The notes below the pieces were generated by a model. The model was not told the origin of the DNA and did not search any database. It saw only the letters and a program-made list of their open reading frames with translations. Of a stretch of DNA of 42,176 bases, positions 11,213 through 24,449 are shown piece by piece (position 1 is the stretch's first letter; each line of letters starts with the position of its first letter). The DNA is taken from sequence record SRR20825019_2882; one strand, written 5' to 3'. Position numbers and translations under genes: made by a program.

Positions 11213-13958
11213 ATGCAGCGTGCAAGCCCGCTCTCTCGGTATGCAACAATATGAGAGTGAGAGTGGTCTAGACTTTTTGAAGTCTACAAGCAGAAATCCA
11301 GATCATGCTCCTGCAGATCCCTCACCAGTCCCTTTTTTGAATAGTTTTACCTTATCTTCACGAGCGGCAGAGTCTCCTGCACGGAGTCATAGATCCGAGA
11401 ACATTGACCTCAATGATTCTCGTACTCTGACTCCGAGAAGGCGGAAAAGAATTGAGGACCGTCTTCTTGAGAGAGCACAATGTTCTCAAGCGAAACTAGA
11501 GCGTAAGAGAGAAGAACAGGCTTTGTCGGAAGTGTTGCAACTTCAAGAGACCCCAAATATTAGCAAAACTTCTAGGGTAAGACAGGCTCACCTTATGTAC
11601 TTAAGTCCCAATGCTTATGTCACGAGCAGGCAATTTTAGCTAACCGAACCGATGAGACCCCGTTTGCCATAAGGAGTCTCAACTCATACAAAGAGAAAAT
11701 GATTCGTCTTAAAATGCAACGAGAGGAGGTCCAAGCGAGAGAGGAGATTGAGAATTCGGTGGCAGATCCGGAGGCAACTTTCACTCCCAGAATCAACAAA
11801 TATAGCTCAGAGATGGACCGCGAGAAGCCTGTGTACATGAGTTGTGCGGAATGGCAAGATAGGCGAGACAAGAAGTTGGCAGCGATGAAGAAGATGAAGG
11901 ATGCTGATGAAACTCCCAAGAGGTATGTAGAGTAGCAAACTTTGATGGGCATGCTGTTTTAACTTGAAGAGTTTAGTCCGTCTATTTCAAAACGTTCCCA
12001 CAAAATTGTAAAAAGGATTGAAGAAAGGGCGGGGCAATCGATCCACGAGATCCTGTCGGAGCGGTACAAGGTCCGTAAACAGGTATTAGAAGAAAAGGCA
12101 GCATTGCAAAGGATGGAAGAAGCACCTGGCTATCCCAAAATCACCAACCATGCGGCTATGATGGAGCGGAACGGAGATGTAGGTGAGAGACTTCACCAGG
12201 AAGCTTGTCTCTGGCAAGAGAAGAAAAAACAGGTGGCGTAACCTGTAGGCGACCACAATTCTGTACACTTTCTGAATTCTTTTTAGGCCATTGAAGAAGC
12301 AGAGGTAGAGGCTGAAAGGCAACGCAAAAGCATTGGTAACTCCTACACACCAAAGTCAACCCATCCAAAATACTTGTGAGCATTTCTTGAGGACAAGGGA
12401 ATGATGTTGTTTGAGAAGCTAACTATTGCCTCCTTTGCATAGTGTTCGGACCAAACACCATGAATGGAGCCATTTGCCCATAGGCGAAGTAATGATGAAA
12501 AGAACTGAAGAGAGCGCACAGAAACGAGTGGATTTGGTAGAGAAGGTTCTTGAAGAATGCGGTATTACTCATAAGCCAAAGATCAATGAGAAATCTCGCG
12601 AGCTTGCAGCGAAGGTGAGGCTCGCATTGATAGAAATGAGTCTGCCTAACATGAGCTATGTAGTGTGGGAAGTCTACTGCTGAGCGCTTGTGGCAACGAA
12701 AGCAGTTGCGCAAGACACATGATGAGCATGTGACAGACCCCGAAGAATTCCCTACATTCACACCAGAAATCAATGAGGTATCGAAACAACTCGATGCTGC
12801 CCGTTATCGGGGTACCCAAATGGATCGCGTGAAGAAGCTGCATAACGACCACAAAAGAATCATGGAAAAGAGGCAGAAGGTAAGGTTGCGAACCTGCGGC
12901 TTAAGGCAATACCCTCAACGCCCGTGCTTTATAGGATGCTGCAGAGAAAGTCGCTGACGAGGAGTCCTTGTCGGAGTGTACATTCAAGCCACGCCTGAAC
13001 GTATCATCGCAGTCACTTGGGTCCTATGCCGACAATGCCAACAGCGAGCCAGTATACGATCGCCTTAAGAAGTGGAAAGAACGAAAAGAAAAATGGGTGA
13101 AAGTTCAACGTCTTATTAGGGTGAGTTGAGTATTGAGCTCACTTTTGGCATTGGCTTCTAACGGAGAATATTCAGGCCGAAGAAGAATCCAAGAACTGCA
13201 CCTTCAAGCCTGCTGCTGAGAAGAGGCGTGTGGTAGACGATGAGCCATCGCTGGAAGATCTTGGAGTTAATCAGTTCGTGGAAAGAATGCAGAAGGGCCG
13301 GGAACAGAGGGCTCAAAAGGAGCTGAAGGCGGACAGAACCGCGGGAAAGTGGAAGAATGAGAGGACAGTACCTATGGAGTTCCAGTTTACTAGGCCTGGG
13401 AAACACAATATCCGCGCCTTACAGAAGCCCGTCGTTCCAGCTGAGATTGACTATGAGACTGAAGCGAATCGCGAACCCGTGCGAAAGCAGGCGTGGCAGG
13501 ATTCCAGCAATACGGAGATGGCCCTCAGAGATTTTGAGGACTCTGAAAGCGCCTTAAGGCAGGCACAGGAGGCTGTTGAGGGAGCAAAGAACGCAGTGGC
13601 TCGAAGCAAGCGGGACAAGCTTGCTCCTGGGCATACTTCATCAAGAACTTCGGTTCCTCAATATGCACAGCCGATAACGCCCCGGTCAGCCCGCAATGCA
13701 ATGTCGGTTAAGAACAGGCAGTCTAATAAGCCTGCCAGCAAGCCCCGCCCACAGACCTCCTCCCGGGCTATACCTAGGGAGCCGAATAGGCAATCCAACA
13801 CTTCTTCCCGGTCCTCTTCTGTGGATCGCAGCCTTGCTGCCGAAACAAGGCAAAGAGAACAAGAAGCTGAAAAACACGGACAACCCGTCCACAACACAAC
13901 TGTGAGGGATGCCCTCATGGAGATGCTTCATCAAGACGTGCTGAACACCGAAAAGTAG
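11213..13958 (+). CDS. Multi-exon charged coiled-coil protein with repeated (C)TFxPxIN..S motifs, probably cytoskeletal; start at 11213 (with intron 11239-11293) or at 11241
   Basis: Repeats ETPNISKTS, ATFTPRINKYS, THKPKINEKS, PTFTPEINEVS, ECTFKPRLNVSS and NCTFKP alternate with 'xxRL' helices. Short GT-AG introns join the ORF pieces. Confidence 0.75.
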
Positions 13959-14030
13959 AGAGTTCGCACAACTGTATAAATGAAATGGTGATACGTTTTG
14001 ATACAATATTTACAGGTATCGCAGGTCCCG

Positions 14031-14644
14031 CTATTGAAGCGGCAAAATTGTGGACATTACCAGTTCTTGACAAAAAGCTGCCTTCATGGCAGCGTCTCTA
14101 GTAGCATCCAAAGTGGCTTCCTCAAAAGTAAGGTTGATAGACTGCTTACGTCTGAGTAGAAGTTAGAGCAGCACCACACCAGTTGTCCACTCGTGTACCT
14201 TAGAGGAGAGGTCGGCTCGGCAGGCTTCTCATCCTTAGCCCCGGCTATCTTCAACCATGCTGATATCGGTACCTGAGTAGGTTGGTGCGCTCCTTGTATA
14301 AAGGCGCACTTTGGCGAGTGCCGCGCATGTTCCTCCCTAAAAAACATCGGTTAGTGTCAAGGGAGTCTCGAAAAGGAGTAGGCACATGCCATGGATCGTC
14401 GTCAGACTCCCAGTTCACGAGGGCTATACCACAGCAGAAGCAGATGCATCTGTCTTGAAACTCCCTCGAACCACACAAAAAGAACCCACTGTCAGACAGC
14501 TACCGGAAGGTCAGTAACCGAACCCTTCATGATAAGCGAGTGTACCTTCTCGGGTGTTGCAAACCTGAAGTCTTTGTGAGGCCAATCTACAAATGTTTTT
14601 AACCTGCTCTCCCGAAACTCCATCTGATGATCAAATATATTCAT
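14031..14644 (-). CDS. Small single-BIR-domain protein (survivin/IAP-like); start at 14644 or 14623
   Basis: RLKTFVDWPH...TPEK|LSDSGFF...DRCICFCCGIALVNWESDDDPW|EEHARHSPKC gives the exact C-x2-C-x16-H-x6-C BIR zinc motif. Confidence 0.88.
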
Positions 14645-14879
14645 CTCGACGATATATATGTACCCCAATGGGTGGTTGACTTCACCAAGACTCTTTCTCT
14701 AACCTCTCACTCAGAAAAAAAGGAGTCTTCCGGCTGCGCTTGGTGTAGTTCCTGGAAGGGTTGTTCGTATTCTTATTGCGGAGTTATTAGTGAGACTCCA
14801 CTGCCAGCCCGAACTCCATGAAACTATCAGCCTGGTTGGCCGTCGAAGCTAGTTCTTCGGCGCCCCACCGACCATCGGA

Positions 14880-15930
14880 GGTGTGCCAGGGTGACTGCTG
14901 GGCCAGTGGTGGCCCAAGCCCTTCAGCATCAACGTAGAGGGCGGCACAGGTGCGGTTTCGACACCGCCATCTCAGGTCCCGACCGGATGATGGACTCCGG
15001 CCTGGGTGAGCCGCCCTTTGGCAGGGACCGGGTTGGTTCAGCATAATCCGGTGCCACCGGCGGTGCCCCGACTGACTCTGCTGGGCCCGCGGGGCACCGG
15101 GCGGTGCGGCCCCGGCCTTGGCCTGCCCTGCCTCGCGGGCCGTCCGGATGCTCACCGGCTGAGCAGTGGGAGGAGCGGACTGTCTTGAGCCAGCAGTTGG
15201 TGCCCGACTTCAACCGGTGCTGATGCCCCCGCCGTGGCAGCCGGAGTGGGCACTCATCACACGGCAGTGTGGACTCGTCCCGTGAGCGGTGATCCCTAAG
15301 CCATCCAATCGTACTCTAAATGCTGGCTCATTGAATGGTACATCGGCACTCGACCCGATTGATCAATGGCCCGCGCCCCGGCCAGGCCCCCCGCGTTCTT
15401 GCGCAGGGCCCCCCGGGGCCGTCCGGGGCGGGAGTCATCAGTGGCGATGGTCACCGGCCCGGCTGCCCGAGGGGGTCGGGTCCGCACTCATAATCGAAGC
15501 GGCAAGCGGTCACGCGAGCCACTGACCCGGACGATCTCGCGCCCGATCAAGTGCCGGGCCCGGACGGCAATCATCACCCTCTGGCCTGCGAGGACCTGCG
15601 TACTGGCATAGGTGCAAAGTTCCCGCTGCCCGGCCGGGTCCGGCCGAGGCGGCTCATCAGTCATGAGCTCGTCACGCCGCGGGTGGCTTGATGATTTTGC
15701 AACCGTAACTCACTCTGACCACCCTGCCAGTGCTGTCTGAAGAGTGACCGGCAGAGCCACCTACTGTCAGTCCCGCGAGCCCCGGCTGGCGGCCCGGCCA
15801 GGGCCTCCCACCAAGTCGGCTCACGCGGAGGCAGCGGGACTACGGATCCATCCCGGAACTTGATTGGGCTCACTGAAGGCCTCAGCCAGCTGAAACGCGG
15901 CTGACACCGCGGCAAGGCCGACTGCTCCTC
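14880..15930. promoter_or_regulatory. GC-rich divergent intergenic island between the BIR and PLA2 genes
   Basis: GC-rich, ggccgg-dense, no credible ORF, between two 5' ends. Confidence 0.5.
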
Positions 15931-16076
15931 CACCATACTGCCTCAGGTTGGATTAGTCTTCTAGGTGTCTTGTCAGACCTAGCACCACCAACTAGGCCAA
16001 CAGTCCCCCCCCCAACCCCCCGGGTACTCCTCACTGCTTGAGTATCGGTGATATTCCATGACAGTGTCTTGTGGTC

Positions 16077-16541
16077 ATGGGCGGCGCTTTGAGGATACTA
16101 GTTGTCGTAACAATCCTAAACGCAATAGAGCAAACCGTGAGCGGAAGCCATATTACCACCTGCCCAAGAGAAAAATGTCCAGAAAAGGAAAAGATGGTAC
16201 GAAGGCCAGGCTATAAGCTGATGGCCAATGGATGTGGACCTTTTGGATCGGCTGATGTCGAAGAGGTCTGGGCGCAGCTCCCTGGTTTCCGTCAGTGTTG
16301 TGACACCCATGACGCATGTTACCAGACGTGCGGGAAGCGGAAAGAGGATTGTGACGAGAATATTCGGTCCTGTCTTCAGGATGCTTGCAAGGGAATAATT
16401 GATGTAGACGACAGATCGTTATGCCTAGGCCATGCCACGAGCCTGACCCAAATCGTAGATGCATTAGGGTGCGCGGAGTATGTTTCAGGTCAAAAGAAGG
16501 GATGTGTATGCTTGCCTCGGGGTGGGAACAAGCCCCGATAA
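16077..16541 (+). CDS. Secreted phospholipase A2, group XII-like, intronless
   Basis: Hydrophobic signal peptide, Ca2+ loop ANGCGPFG, catalytic CCDTHDACY followed by TCGKRKEDCD, and a Cys-rich C-terminus. Confidence 0.88.
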   Translation: MGGALRILVVVTILNAIEQTVSGSHITTCPREKCPEKEKMVRRPGYKLMANGCGPFGSADVEEVWAQLPGFRQCCDTHDACYQTCGKRKEDCDENIRSCLQDACKGIIDVDDRSLCLGHATSLTQIVDALGCAEYVSGQKKGCVCLPRGGNKPR

Positions 16542-16576
16542 ATGGCTACAATGAATCTTGGCCATTTATCATAAGC

Positions 16577-18086
16577 TTACTCCTTGTAGTTGTAGAATCC
16601 CTCGCCAGTCTTGCGACCAAGCTTTCCAGCTGCCACAAGCTCATTAAGCAACGGACTGCATCAAATATCAGAGAAAGTTGATGTCTGCAACTGTGGCGAT
16701 ACCTCGGCTTGAAAAGGGGCTCCTCAGGGAAATCGGCAGCCCATCCGTCAATGATAAACTTCATGGTGTCCAAGCCAACAACATCTCCAAGCTCAAAGGG
16801 ACCTAGATGCCTCAAATTAACGACGCACTCTTCACAGGCAGCATACATTACCCATGGGGTATCCGGCACCAAGCTTCATGGCAGTATCGACGTCCTTAGG
16901 CTGCGCATCACCACGCTCGACCATGCGAATAGACTAAGAGCGATGGCGTCAGATAAACCAGTGAGGCAGCACACTCGTGCGAATACCGCACCTCCATCAT
17001 GTAAGGGACGAGGAGGCGATTGACAATGAATCCCGGGGTATCCTTGCAGGGAACAGGGGTCTTCTTGATGTCCTGCATTGTCGGTTAGTCTAGCTCCATC
17101 TTTTGGGCCAAGTCTTCACCTTGGCAAATTGAGTCAAAGTCGCAATAGTGTCGGCAGAAGTCTTGGGGGCCTGAATGATCTGTGGTGCCGTGAGCGCCAT
17201 TCAATCGTTGTGTGGCAAGTATACCTCCACAAGACGGAGCATGGGCACAGGGTTGAAGAAATGGGCCCCAGCAAACTTGTCCTCACGACCAGTACAGGCC
17301 GCGATGTCACCAATGCGGAGGGAGGAAGTATTAGATGCAAAGATGCAGGACGCTATTGTGAAGGTTAGACATGCTCCTTGCGTAATAATCCTATGCGGTT
17401 ACCTGGGGCGGCATTGTCAATCGCGCTCCACACCTTATGCTTCACCTCCAAATTCTCGGTAATAGCTGGATGGTACACAGCTCATCATCAGCTATTGAAG
17501 GTTTTCTTGCCGAGTTTGCTTACCCTCAATGACCAAGTCCGCGTTTGACACAGCAGCAGCCACGTCGGTAGACGAGGATATGCGAGACAAGATATCGGCT
17601 ATGGAGCGAACGTTGAGAAACTACAGCATAAACTATGATTAAAAAAGCACTCACCCTTGACTCCCTCGACGTCAGTTGCGGGGTCCTTGTCCTTCGCCTT
17701 CTTGAGGACTCGGGAGATGCTCTTGCTGATTGTATCTGCACACGCTCAGCTCAGCACATACACGGCGAAAACACACATAATCAACGCACTGAGACCACCA
17801 TCAACAGCCTTCTGTTGAGCATCCACCATGGTGACGTTGAAACCATTGGAGGCAGTAACCTGTACAATGCCGCTGCCCATAATTCCAGCACCAACAACCA
17901 CGACGTTGCTAATGTTCCTTCAAATCAAATGAATTAAGCGTGCACAACACGTCGGCGGCATCGTCAAATTACCTGCTAAAGTTGAGGGCACTGGAAATAG
18001 AGCTAAGAGTGATACATTTAGATATATAGAATTCGTCAGGATACAAGCAATACCCACCGAGAAGAAGAAAGCACTGAGCGAATCAT
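16577..18086 (-). CDS. HADH: Mitochondrial 3-hydroxyacyl-CoA dehydrogenase, multi-exon
   Basis: Presequence-like [10 protein letters not shown], Rossmann [63 protein letters not shown] and [14 protein letters not shown]. Confidence 0.93.
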
Positions 18087-18249
18087 GGCTATTATTTGTA
18101 TTTCTTGTCCGACCGTGCAAGTGTAAAGTATATGACTACCACAAACAACACCCCACCGACAGTCAAGCCGCCCCAAGCGAGTTCATCAGGTATGCTTTGA
18201 TGGAACTGGGTTACCGCAAGCTGTCCTTCAGGCTGCTGTGCAGTCGGCT

Positions 18250-18830
18250 GGCTTTGTGCAGCGTGAGAGGCGCTCGGCTCGGAGCAAGGTCCAGTCATCA
18301 GTGTCGAGGCGCTGCGGTGGCGTTGTCCGACCGGCCCCGTCCCGCCGATCACTTCAAGCTCCTCAAGCCCCCCTCCGTGCCTGGGCCGTGGACGAGGCGC
18401 CTCAGAGGCCCGGGGGCGCTCCCCGTCCCGCGGCACTGAGGCCCCCCCCAAAGGACGGTCGCGGTCCGGTCAGTGGCAGGGGACCGTTGAGTGATGAGTC
18501 GGAGGTCAGAGGAGTGCAGATGACTGGCCGCCGCACTGTGTCCCCCGGGCGGGGTTTATCGAAAGGTCACCTGATGAGACAAGGTTGGCAACAATATCGG
18601 ATTTTCGGAATACCCGCCCTGGCCCCGGCCGACTCGCCCGGGCCCGGCCGCGCCGGAGCCCGGGCGCGGCCCCCGCGCGGGCGGCCATCCCCAATGGCAT
18701 CGGCGGGCCCCGGGCCGGGTGCCGCGGGGCGCTTCCGCGGGCGGCGAGCCGGCCCGGCTGTTGGCCGAGACTCCCGCTGCGGCCGCCCTCCGACACTCGG
18801 CCGCCCTACAAGCCCCGTGTTGTGGCCTAG
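18250..18830. promoter_or_regulatory. GC-rich divergent island between HADH and the M16 peptidase
   Basis: Very GC-rich, between two 5' ends. Confidence 0.55.
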
Positions 18831-18959
18831 GTCTACCGCAGCGGGAAATCTTCCTGACAGCCAACGACTTGACCTTACTCACACGTCTTGCAAGAGCTCC
18901 TTGTCCAAAAGGAAATAAGTGATAGTGTAAACCGTATATCTGAAACTATAGTGACGGCC

Positions 18960-21900
18960 ATGTTGAAGCGCAGGAAGACTGGATCCAAAGCCGATGGTGC
19001 CCCGTCTGTGAACCTTCCTGAAGGGTGGGCTGAAGTTCAAAGGGAGGGAACTGATTTGAAGCAAGACCTCGTATTCTACCTGCACAAAAGTTCAGGATTC
19101 CGCATTGTGTTGTGCCCCGTCGATGGCCCTATCTGTAGCGCCGCCATGTTCCTCCAGACTGAAGCGAAAGACGACCGTGGACTTCCACACACTCTTGAGC
19201 ACTTGGTATTCATGGTGGGTCTCATGCTATTTTCGTATGTAGTGTTCTTACATTGTAGTGCTAGGGTTCCACCTCAACACCCCATAAGGGGTATCTTGAC
19301 AACTATGCCACCCGGTGCTTTGCAAATGGTACGAATGCCTGGACTGCTGAAGATCATACAGCGTATACTTGCGACACTGCTGGTGACGAAGGTAGGTCCC
19401 GAAGCAACGCGGATCCGTTTGAACCTGATGTTTTCATTTGCAGGTTTAATTAGGGTTCTCCCAGTCTACTTGGAGCACATATTCAAGCCCACCCTGACAT
19501 CGTCCGCATTTATTACCGAGGTCTACCACGTAGACGGTGCTGGCAAGGACCAAGGTGTTGTATACAACGAAATGGCTGGCCGCGAGAATAGCGAGGTATT
19601 GTGACAGGTCGGCTGGGCCATCTTTTCCTAAACTCACGAGGCAACTGCACCAGGGCGATTTGATGTACTTGACGGCCGCTCGCTTACTGTATGAAGGCAC
19701 AGGCTATTCCTATGAAACAGGGGGTCGCACTGACGATATTCGAACATTGACCAATGATGATATCGTTGAATACCATAGCAAGTTCTACGTCCCTTCAAAT
19801 GCTTGTTTGGTAGTGGCCGGCCAGGCCAACGTGACCGAGTTGATTAGTGCTGTCGATCGCGCTATTACTGATGGGGGCCACACCCCGATGGAGACGAATG
19901 CTTTCTTCGATCCTATTCCACCTCTAACCCAGAATAAGAGTAGTCTGGTTCCATTTCCCTCGGCTGATGGTAAGTGTCATGCCCGATATGCTATATGTTT
20001 TCATTTACGTTGTCATTTCATCCAAAGATGATGTTGGTAGTGTGATGCTATGCTGGCGTGGTCCGGATTGGTCGGATGTGCACACGCAAGTTGCAATCGA
20101 CATTCTTATGCGGTATCTTCAAGATACCGGTGCTTCACCGCTGCACCAAGTATGCAATCACTTTGTGACACTTGTTGGAGTATTAATCGTGCTGTTGCAG
20201 GCGTTTGTTGAGAGCGAGACCCCCGTGTGTTCTGATGTAAGTTGGGGATCCCTTTCTTTCAAGCAAGTCGGAATTATGCTTGCTTTCAGTGGCCTGGAGA
20301 TCAAATCGGGAGTGTCTGCAGAGGTGGGTTGAGCAAGTTGTATTGATTGCAGAGCTCTGCTGACATGCCCAAAGGATGTGGCATCAAAGGGCTGCGGTGG
20401 TTGCTTTGCGTCTGCGTGTGACCCCAACCGCGCCAAGTCAGAAGAAGAAGGAGAAGAAGAAGAAGACGACGACGAAGATGATGAAGATGATGAGGAAGAG
20501 AGCAACGATGCTATGGAAGAGGATGACATTGTTTTTGAGAAGTTTTCTCCGCAGCCAGATATTCTCGAAAATGGCGTGCTCCAAGAAATGGTGAAGAAGA
20601 CTCTGTGGACAGTCCATGATGAAGTCTTCGGATCACCTAAGGCAAAGGAGATTATGAAGCGGATTATTCATAAGCATCGGGTCCATTATATTAACGCGTA
20701 GGTGCTCTTCTTGCTTGCTTGCCAAAATACTAATGTTTTCTCTATCTACCAGGCTGGAGGCCCAGCCTACCGACCAGGTTATCGATGCGGTTGGAATCTC
20801 CCTGCTCCGCGATAGCGAGAAAGGTCTGCACTATGCTGCACAACGCATGTCAACGCTAGCAATACTCGACAAGCTCGAAAAGGAAGAAGGCTCCTTCTGG
20901 CAGCGACTGCTCAAGAGCGTTTTCTTAGAAGCCTATTGCGTTGAAGTTCGCATGAAACCAGACACATCTCTGGCTGAAGTTCGCGCGAAAGAAGTTTCAG
21001 ATAGAGAGAATGCCAGGAGCCAGAAATACGGAAAGAAGGGCTTGGAGAGTTTGTCGAAGGCCGCCGCAGATGCCATTGCCATCAACAGCGCCCCAGTTCC
21101 CAAGGATATAGCCCAAACCTATCCGCCGCTCCCCTCGGTTGAGCGAATTCCCCTTCTGAAAATGTCTTCTCGATCGGTAGACACCCCAGGAAGTTCCACG
21201 GGGCGAACCCGCCAATATGTTGGTGTAGACACGCATTTTAGGACTCTCACCATAGTAATTCCGATTGGTAACATGCCTATTGCCCTTGAGCCATATGTGA
21301 ATTTGTTCCAGGAGCTCATATTCCGCACGGACGTGTATCTGCCCGGTGGTTTAGAAATGAAGGCCGGCGCTGAACTCGAGCTTGTCTCACACAAGGATGC
21401 AGTTGAAAGGATATCCGAAGACACTCTTGCCTTCGATTGCGGAAAAGGACTGGGCCCGTCGAAGTTCACGTGTGCAAGTGCCGGTGACGTTTTCACGATC
21501 GAGGGCAAGTGCGAAATGGAAAAGTTTGAGCGCCTTTGCAATTGGGTGTCGGCTATGTTCCATCTAACGGTGTTCTCTGAAGGGCGTATTAAGACACTTC
21601 TCTCGCACTTGCTTTCAGACGTCACCGAGGAAGAACGCTCTGGAGACGATATTGTGAATCATCTGGAAACGCTGGTGTGGAGCCCCTACCTCGAGAACAA
21701 GGTGTACGGCACTGGCAAGATGCCGGCCGATGATGTAATCGCGGAGTTGCCCGTGTGCAAAGAAATGGCCCTGGGTATTTTTACGCAGAAGCCGTTCCTT
21801 ACTCACATCAAGAGCAAAATCTCCACAAAAGTAGGCCTCTGCGAGGTCATCGAATCTCTGGAGCGCGTAAGGGGAATTATTCTCTCCAACTTCACCGAGG

Positions 21901-22932
21901 CAATGGTCCAGTACAGTTCGCCTTTCCACGTGCACGCAGAGGCCGCTTCAAGTGTCTTTGAGGCGTCCTGGAACTCCATGAGGGTTTTGTCGAAAACGGC
22001 AACAGGAAACGAGCATCACCTTCAGTCTAGACCATTGCTGCCATACGAACATGGTTATCAACGGCAGTTACCCGGCAAAGATATTACATTGGTAACCCCA
22101 GTGAAAGGAAGCGAGTCCATTTATTTGAGCCAAACCGTTGCCTGTGAAATCCCCGCAGGATCTGCCGATTACTACGCCGTATGTAATTGCGAGGACCAGC
22201 ATTCCAGTACTAATGCCTTTTTTCAGGTCAAAGTGCTCTGTGAGATGTTGAGCTTCACTGAAGGTCCTATCTACCAGCGCGTGCGTGGAGCTGGTCATGC
22301 CTACGGCGCCTATGTACGTGATTGGTGGTTCCATGGCGGCCTGTGGATATTTGCTCATGTTGTTCTACCAGGTCCATCTGCAGAGCATGCATGGTAGCTT
22401 ATGCTATCAAGTTTCTGAGTGCTCCGCCGCCGGCGCATCCATAGCAGCATTCCACGATATTCTCAAGAATCTCCCTGATGATATGAATGACTTTGACTGC
22501 GATACAGCGAAATCTGCCGTGATTTTTGACATGCAAAGGTAAGGATGTCCATGGTCACTCTCACACTGAGACTAATTTTGTTCTAGGAAACGCTCTACTC
22601 CCTCTCGCATCACTGGATATTCTTTGTACTCCGTGATTTACGGGTTTGGCTCCGCTGAAAAGCGTGTGGATAGTGAGATGGCGATTGAGAAGATCTCTGT
22701 CCAAGGTGTGTGGCCTAACCTCTCCTTCCACACTATTTGACATATACGATGCGATGCAGATTTGCGCCGAGTTTATGACAAGTACTTCACCGCGTTCTTG
22801 AACCCAGGAGATCGTGTCACGGTGTGCGCAACAAGCTTGGCCAGCCAAAATGATGTCGTGAAGTCTTTGAAATCGATAGGACTTGTCCCCGTAGTCAAAG
22901 ACATCGACGCCTTGCGAGTGTGGAAGCCATAG
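18960..22932 (+). CDS. M16 (inverzincin; M16C/presequence-protease-like) zinc metallopeptidase, multi-exon
   Basis: GLPHTLEHLVFMG (HxxEH), GVVYNEM, YETGG, YHSKFYVPSN and C-terminal IYQRVRGAGHAYGA. Acidic insertion at ~20440-20525. Confidence 0.9.
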
Positions 22933-22976
22933 GCACCTAGCCCCAATAAACACAAGATCGATGTTACGGAAAGGTA

Positions 22977-24449
22977 TCACTTCACGTGTGCCTCGACTCC
23001 TATGGTAAGGTAATCTCTGCTTTGCATCTCAATCAGTCTCGAGACGGTGCGGGAATACGCGAATTCCTCATCAGTAGTTCCGGCACTTTCGCCTTCTTTA
23101 GGAACGAACAGCTTCTCTGGCTCAGTCTCTGCACTACAAACCAGTTTCCGACGATGTTCATACACCTGATCCACAAACGTGATGAATCTCCTGACTTCGT
23201 TGATTGTAGACACAAAATTCAATTGGGGAATGTCGTCCACGAATATGGTGTGATACTCCTTACATATCGCGATGTAGTCGACTGCTGAAAGGGGCTGTCG
23301 GCACAGATCATCAAAGGTGAACCGGGCAACTCCATGGGCCGCCCGGGGAATATGAATGGGTCGGTTGAGCGCCACCAACGTGCTCGGGTGGGCATCATCG
23401 CCTTTCGTTACTGTTTTGAAAGTCTTATCAAGCTTGTTCGTGGATGCGGGGCCCAGGGGCGTTTGGTACACATCCGGAGTCCTGCTCCCAACTAGACGGT
23501 AATCGGTGTGCGAGTCCACACAGTGGATTGCGCAACGGTCCTTGAGAGTGTCTATGAACGGAAGGAATAACGATCGCTGCAAACCATTCTTGTATAGGTC
23601 ATCCGGTGGCCTATTGGAGGTTGCAACAACCACAGCCCCTTTCTCGAACATCGAGTCGAAAAGCCGCTTAAGAATCATGGCATCGCCGATGTCTGTTACC
23701 TGAAATTCATCAAAGCACAGGAGCCACCCCTGCGCGAGCAGCTGGTCACGAACCAAGTGAACATGATCCTCGTTCTTCTTCTGCGTTCTGGAATCCGGGA
23801 CAAGCGGTCAGAAGCAGCAAGGACACACAATGCCTTCAATACACACCTCATGTGGTGCAAGCGCTCATGCACGTCCAGCATGAACTGGTTAAAGTGGACA
23901 CGGCGCTTATTCGCCAGGGGTAGCGTATGGAAGAACAAGTCCATACACATAGTCTTTCCCGATCCAACCCCACCATATAAATACGCACCACGAGGGCCCC
24001 TCGTCGCATGGCTTGTAACTGCGGCCTTAGCTTCTTCCTCATGACCACCTCCAAGCCACCCAAACATTCCACCGCTCTTTTTCGGGGCCGCTTGCTTCGT
24101 CGGCGAAGAACTTGACCTTATCTTGCTCACGTCATTGAAGACGCTCTGGAGGACTTGAAGGGCAATAAGTTGGTTCCTGTCTTCTTGTACACGTCCCATA
24201 TCCACAAGCTGCCTGTATAGTCAACCAGAATCAGTACAAGGCTTATGTGAATGAGACTGCCACATACTTATATGCCTCAAGAGGAGGTGTTCCAACCTTG
24301 ATACCTTCGTAAAGTACGGCATTATCGACTTGGTTTTGAGGACTGAAGGTACTCAGATGCTGTACTGCTGCCGTGACTACCGCAGGCCGAGAAAAGAGTC
24401 CCCGCAACCCTAGTGCTCGCCTAGAAAGCGCGCCTTGATTGAGCAGCAT
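22977..24449 (-). CDS. AFG1: AFG1/LACE1 (ZapE family) mitochondrial ATPase, multi-exon
   Basis: Arg-rich presequence, GAYLYGGVGSGKTMCMDLFF, RVHFNQFM, LCFDEFQVTDIGDAMIL, TSNRPPDDLYKNGLQR, RRFITFVD and FAYSRTVSRLIEMQ. Confidence 0.95.
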
